From Amphiscolops sp. MND2022 (taxonomy: Eukaryota): a DNA stretch of 64,000 nt. The notes below the pieces were generated by a model. The model made no database searches. It was given only the letters and a program-made list of their open reading frames with translations, and was not told the DNA's origin. Position numbers and translations under genes: made by a program. This document shows positions 61,243 to 64,000 of the stretch, one piece after another (positions within the stretch are counted from its first letter, which is position 1; the number at the start of each line of letters is the position of its first letter). The stretch lies in NCBI GenBank assembly GCA_964187785.1, contig OZ076410.1:63612001-63676000 (forward strand), written 5' to 3'.

Positions 61243-64000
61243 ATGGATTCAGGACACCACAGAAAGTCAAGGAAGGACCAAATTTCGCGACGGCAAGGAA
61301 CTTCTTGGGGATACAAATCCCCGACTTCTACTACACCTCGTAAGTACAACTTTGATTCTGTTCAAAATTTTCGAGTTCATTTCAATTTTCCGATCGGACT
61401 ACTTTGAGCAATTAGCTGGCCAGGCTAATTATTTTGAGAAAATCGACTCTAATTTAGAATCTTGGTTTTGAATTTGTCGGAAGTTAACAACTTCCGGTTT
61501 GTTTCATCGGTAACTTCCGCTCATTTTTGAAATAATCTGAAACCGCGTCCGGTAGTAGACTATCTTTTGAGTGAAGCTTTTACCTGTTGTGAATAAGCTC
61601 CTTATTTATTGTTAGCAGCAAATTCAAATGTTTTAGTTGAACTCGGAGCTACAGAGAAGTCACCTGCTCGTTCACCGACCAGAACTTACACGCCGCTGGA
61701 AGTTGCCTCCCCCAGTAAGACTGCAAATCTTATTCAGACGACTCACCACGACGAGAACGTCGTTACTATTCAGGCAGCCGATCCACTTCTTACTTCAAAC
61801 ATTGCCCCAGCTACTGGCAACGAGCAGGTTGAAGTGATCACCATTGAGAGTTCAACTGTTGCCTCAACTACAGAAGAAGTTGAGCCGGAGTCTCCTATTA
61901 TCGACATTCTTAACGAGTCTCCTCCAACACCCGAAAATCCCGTAAGTCCAATTCTCGCTGGAATCACCATGATGAACATGGACCCACCTGATAATTCAAC
62001 CGCTAATACAACTAACGCTGATCCAATTCTTCCTTCCGATCTGCAAATTTCATCACCAAAGTTGACGCAATTCCTCCTCTTATCACAACAAGGGACCTCC
62101 ACTCGCCAAGGGGCGAAGAAACCTGAATTTCCTACTGATTTGGAAGAGGGAGATTTTGACATCACCATGGATACCACCCCCATTGAAAATCAAGGAGACG
62201 ATCAACCTGGGCCAAGTGTCCCAAATATCAGTTTGACACGGAACGAACTTCTGGTAATCTCTAACGTTTTAGGGAGAGTCCCTACTTCTTTTTTGGGAGA
62301 AGAGAATACCCTAACTGGACCGGAGATTTCAGTGTCGGTGGTGGACAACCCACCAAATCCTCCTCAACGGGTTAATCCTTCGATGGAGAATAACTTGCCG
62401 GGAGATAGCTACGTTTACCAAGAGCAAACTGAGACTGATTTAAACGATGAGCCCGTAGTTCGCAACAAGAGGCAAAGGCCAAGATATTCCCTCAAAGGGA
62501 GTATGTTACGTAAACATCCTGTCTTGAATTTTTCGGCAACAAGACCTATCGATCGCGAAAAAACTCCACATAAATGGTGGTGCCGAGTGTGCAGATTAGA
62601 GCTTTCTTTAATGAGCAGAGGCGTCCTTGAAGTATTAGCACACTATAAAACTGATTCTCACCTAGTTCGAGAACATCGTATAAGGATGGACACACCTGGA
62701 ATGCCTTTATACGACAAAAATGGACACGAATTACAGGGTATTGCCCTTTCAGAAGCCAAAAAGGTCGCAAAGGAAACATATCCGATTGTCCCTCAGCTGG
62801 ATTCTTATCGCCTCTTGGTAGGCCAGGACTCATTACCCAAATTTGGTGCTGAAAAGAGTCCTATGGAAACCGTCATCTCTCAAATTTGCCTTCTTGAAAT
62901 TGGACTCAGACGCGGCGGGGATCTTTCTTGTCTCTCCGATATCTTCGAGGAAGTCAATCGTTTTTCCAGCGAAGGGGGTCCTACTGTTGCTTTTGATTGG
63001 AGTCCCCACCGGCTTTTCGTAAGTATCTTTCGCATTTGACAATTTCACATATACGTTTATACCTAGTACTATCTTGTAACCATAATTATATTTTAAATAA
63101 TGTCAGGCTACGTTTAATATATCATCTCTGAACATGTTTATTGAATACCGACTTTGCTTTCTAGGGAATGATCACTCATATGTTCCGAGAGCTACTTAAC
63201 TACTGTGTAACCAACATCACATCTAACGGGACATATTCTCTATCCCTAACACATCTTACAACTGAATCCAACCTCTACTTGGGATTCTGGTCAGGAAATG
63301 TGTTTCACCAAGTATGTGTTGGAACTGGACCGCGAGGATTTTTGATTCCCCGGAGGATTTTGACTTTGGTCTCATCTCTTATTAGCTTGTTCGAGACCCC
63401 ACCTCCATGTGTCTGTCTAGTTGGGATGGGAGAAAGGTTGAATTCCTGCCTTGTATCTGCGCTTCCTGGTCAACAGCGTCCCAACTTGCTCAACAATTTC
63501 GGTGTGGAAGAGTTTGAAAGATGCCTTGCTTTGCCCACCGCAAAGATTATTGAAAGACATGATTACAAAACGATTATTGACTTTCTCTTACTTAAGCTGC
63601 GCACTGCCCTTGACAGGGATTGGCTGCAAAGTCTCCCTCTTCTACACAAAGTTCGTGGTAGCATGTCAGTTTTGAAAATTCTATTGTTTTTTCCTTTTCA
63701 TGATCTTATTATTTTATCTCTGTTCTGTTTCCAGTGCGTGGTGTCTCTACAGTACACCCTGAGTGAAGCTTCTTCTCTCATTGATTGTTTCTCCCGTAAT
63801 TGGAATCGAATTCAGGACCATCTCACTCAAGTTTCTCGATTGCCGGCTTACCGATTTCATATGAGAGAAGTGAGTATATTTGATATAAATCTTTCGTAGG
63901 GTGATCTTATCCTCTTCAATTTTGGTATATCATTTGGTTTCAGCCCAACACACTAGACGAATGTTTTCGTTTGGACACAGCGTACCTTGCGCGCCTATTC
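61243..64000 (+). CDS. Spliced BED-zinc-finger protein, apparently derived from a hAT transposase; runs off the window
   Basis: Exons 61243-61339, 61616 (or 61619)-63018, 63165-63650, 63735-63869 and 63944-64000+, all GT-AG with matching phases. C2H2 BED-like WWCRVC-x16-H-x5-H. YSLSLTHLT lies where hATs have (F/Y)S(L/I)xxDExT. Confidence 0.8.

Overview
AT-rich, intron-containing animal (invertebrate) genomic DNA dominated by transposable elements. The species cannot be determined from the sequence alone. Two host genes are recognisable: a single-domain ACE-like M2 metallopeptidase (+, about 25.05-28.93 kb, HEMGH motif) and UCKL1 (+, 45.46-52.48 kb), whose UPRT-like C-terminal exons are not in the window. 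Decayed or near-intact elements fill most of the rest: a BEL/Pao LTR element whose 5' half is tandemly duplicated, several CR1-like LINE remnants, a Ty1/copia element, a 5'-truncated RTE, a Penelope-like 3' end with a hammerhead ribozyme, a near-intact MULE, two hAT elements with perfect 8-bp TSDs and many 8-9-bp-TSD MITEs, including a 5-6-level nest at 13.8-16.9 kb. The least explained region is 57-64 kb. It holds an LTR carrying a 193-aa ORF, then an orphan 341-aa ORF bracketed by two CGYAT motif arrays, set head-to-head with a spliced BED-zinc-finger gene that looks like a catalytically dead hAT transposase. Other candidates are short GC-rich 'GCTTCGC...GCACTAG' elements found almost only inside MITEs, a pre-miRNA-like hairpin in UCKL1 intron 1 and a 60-bp foldback. 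Family assignments come from motif recognition by eye, and no database searches were run.
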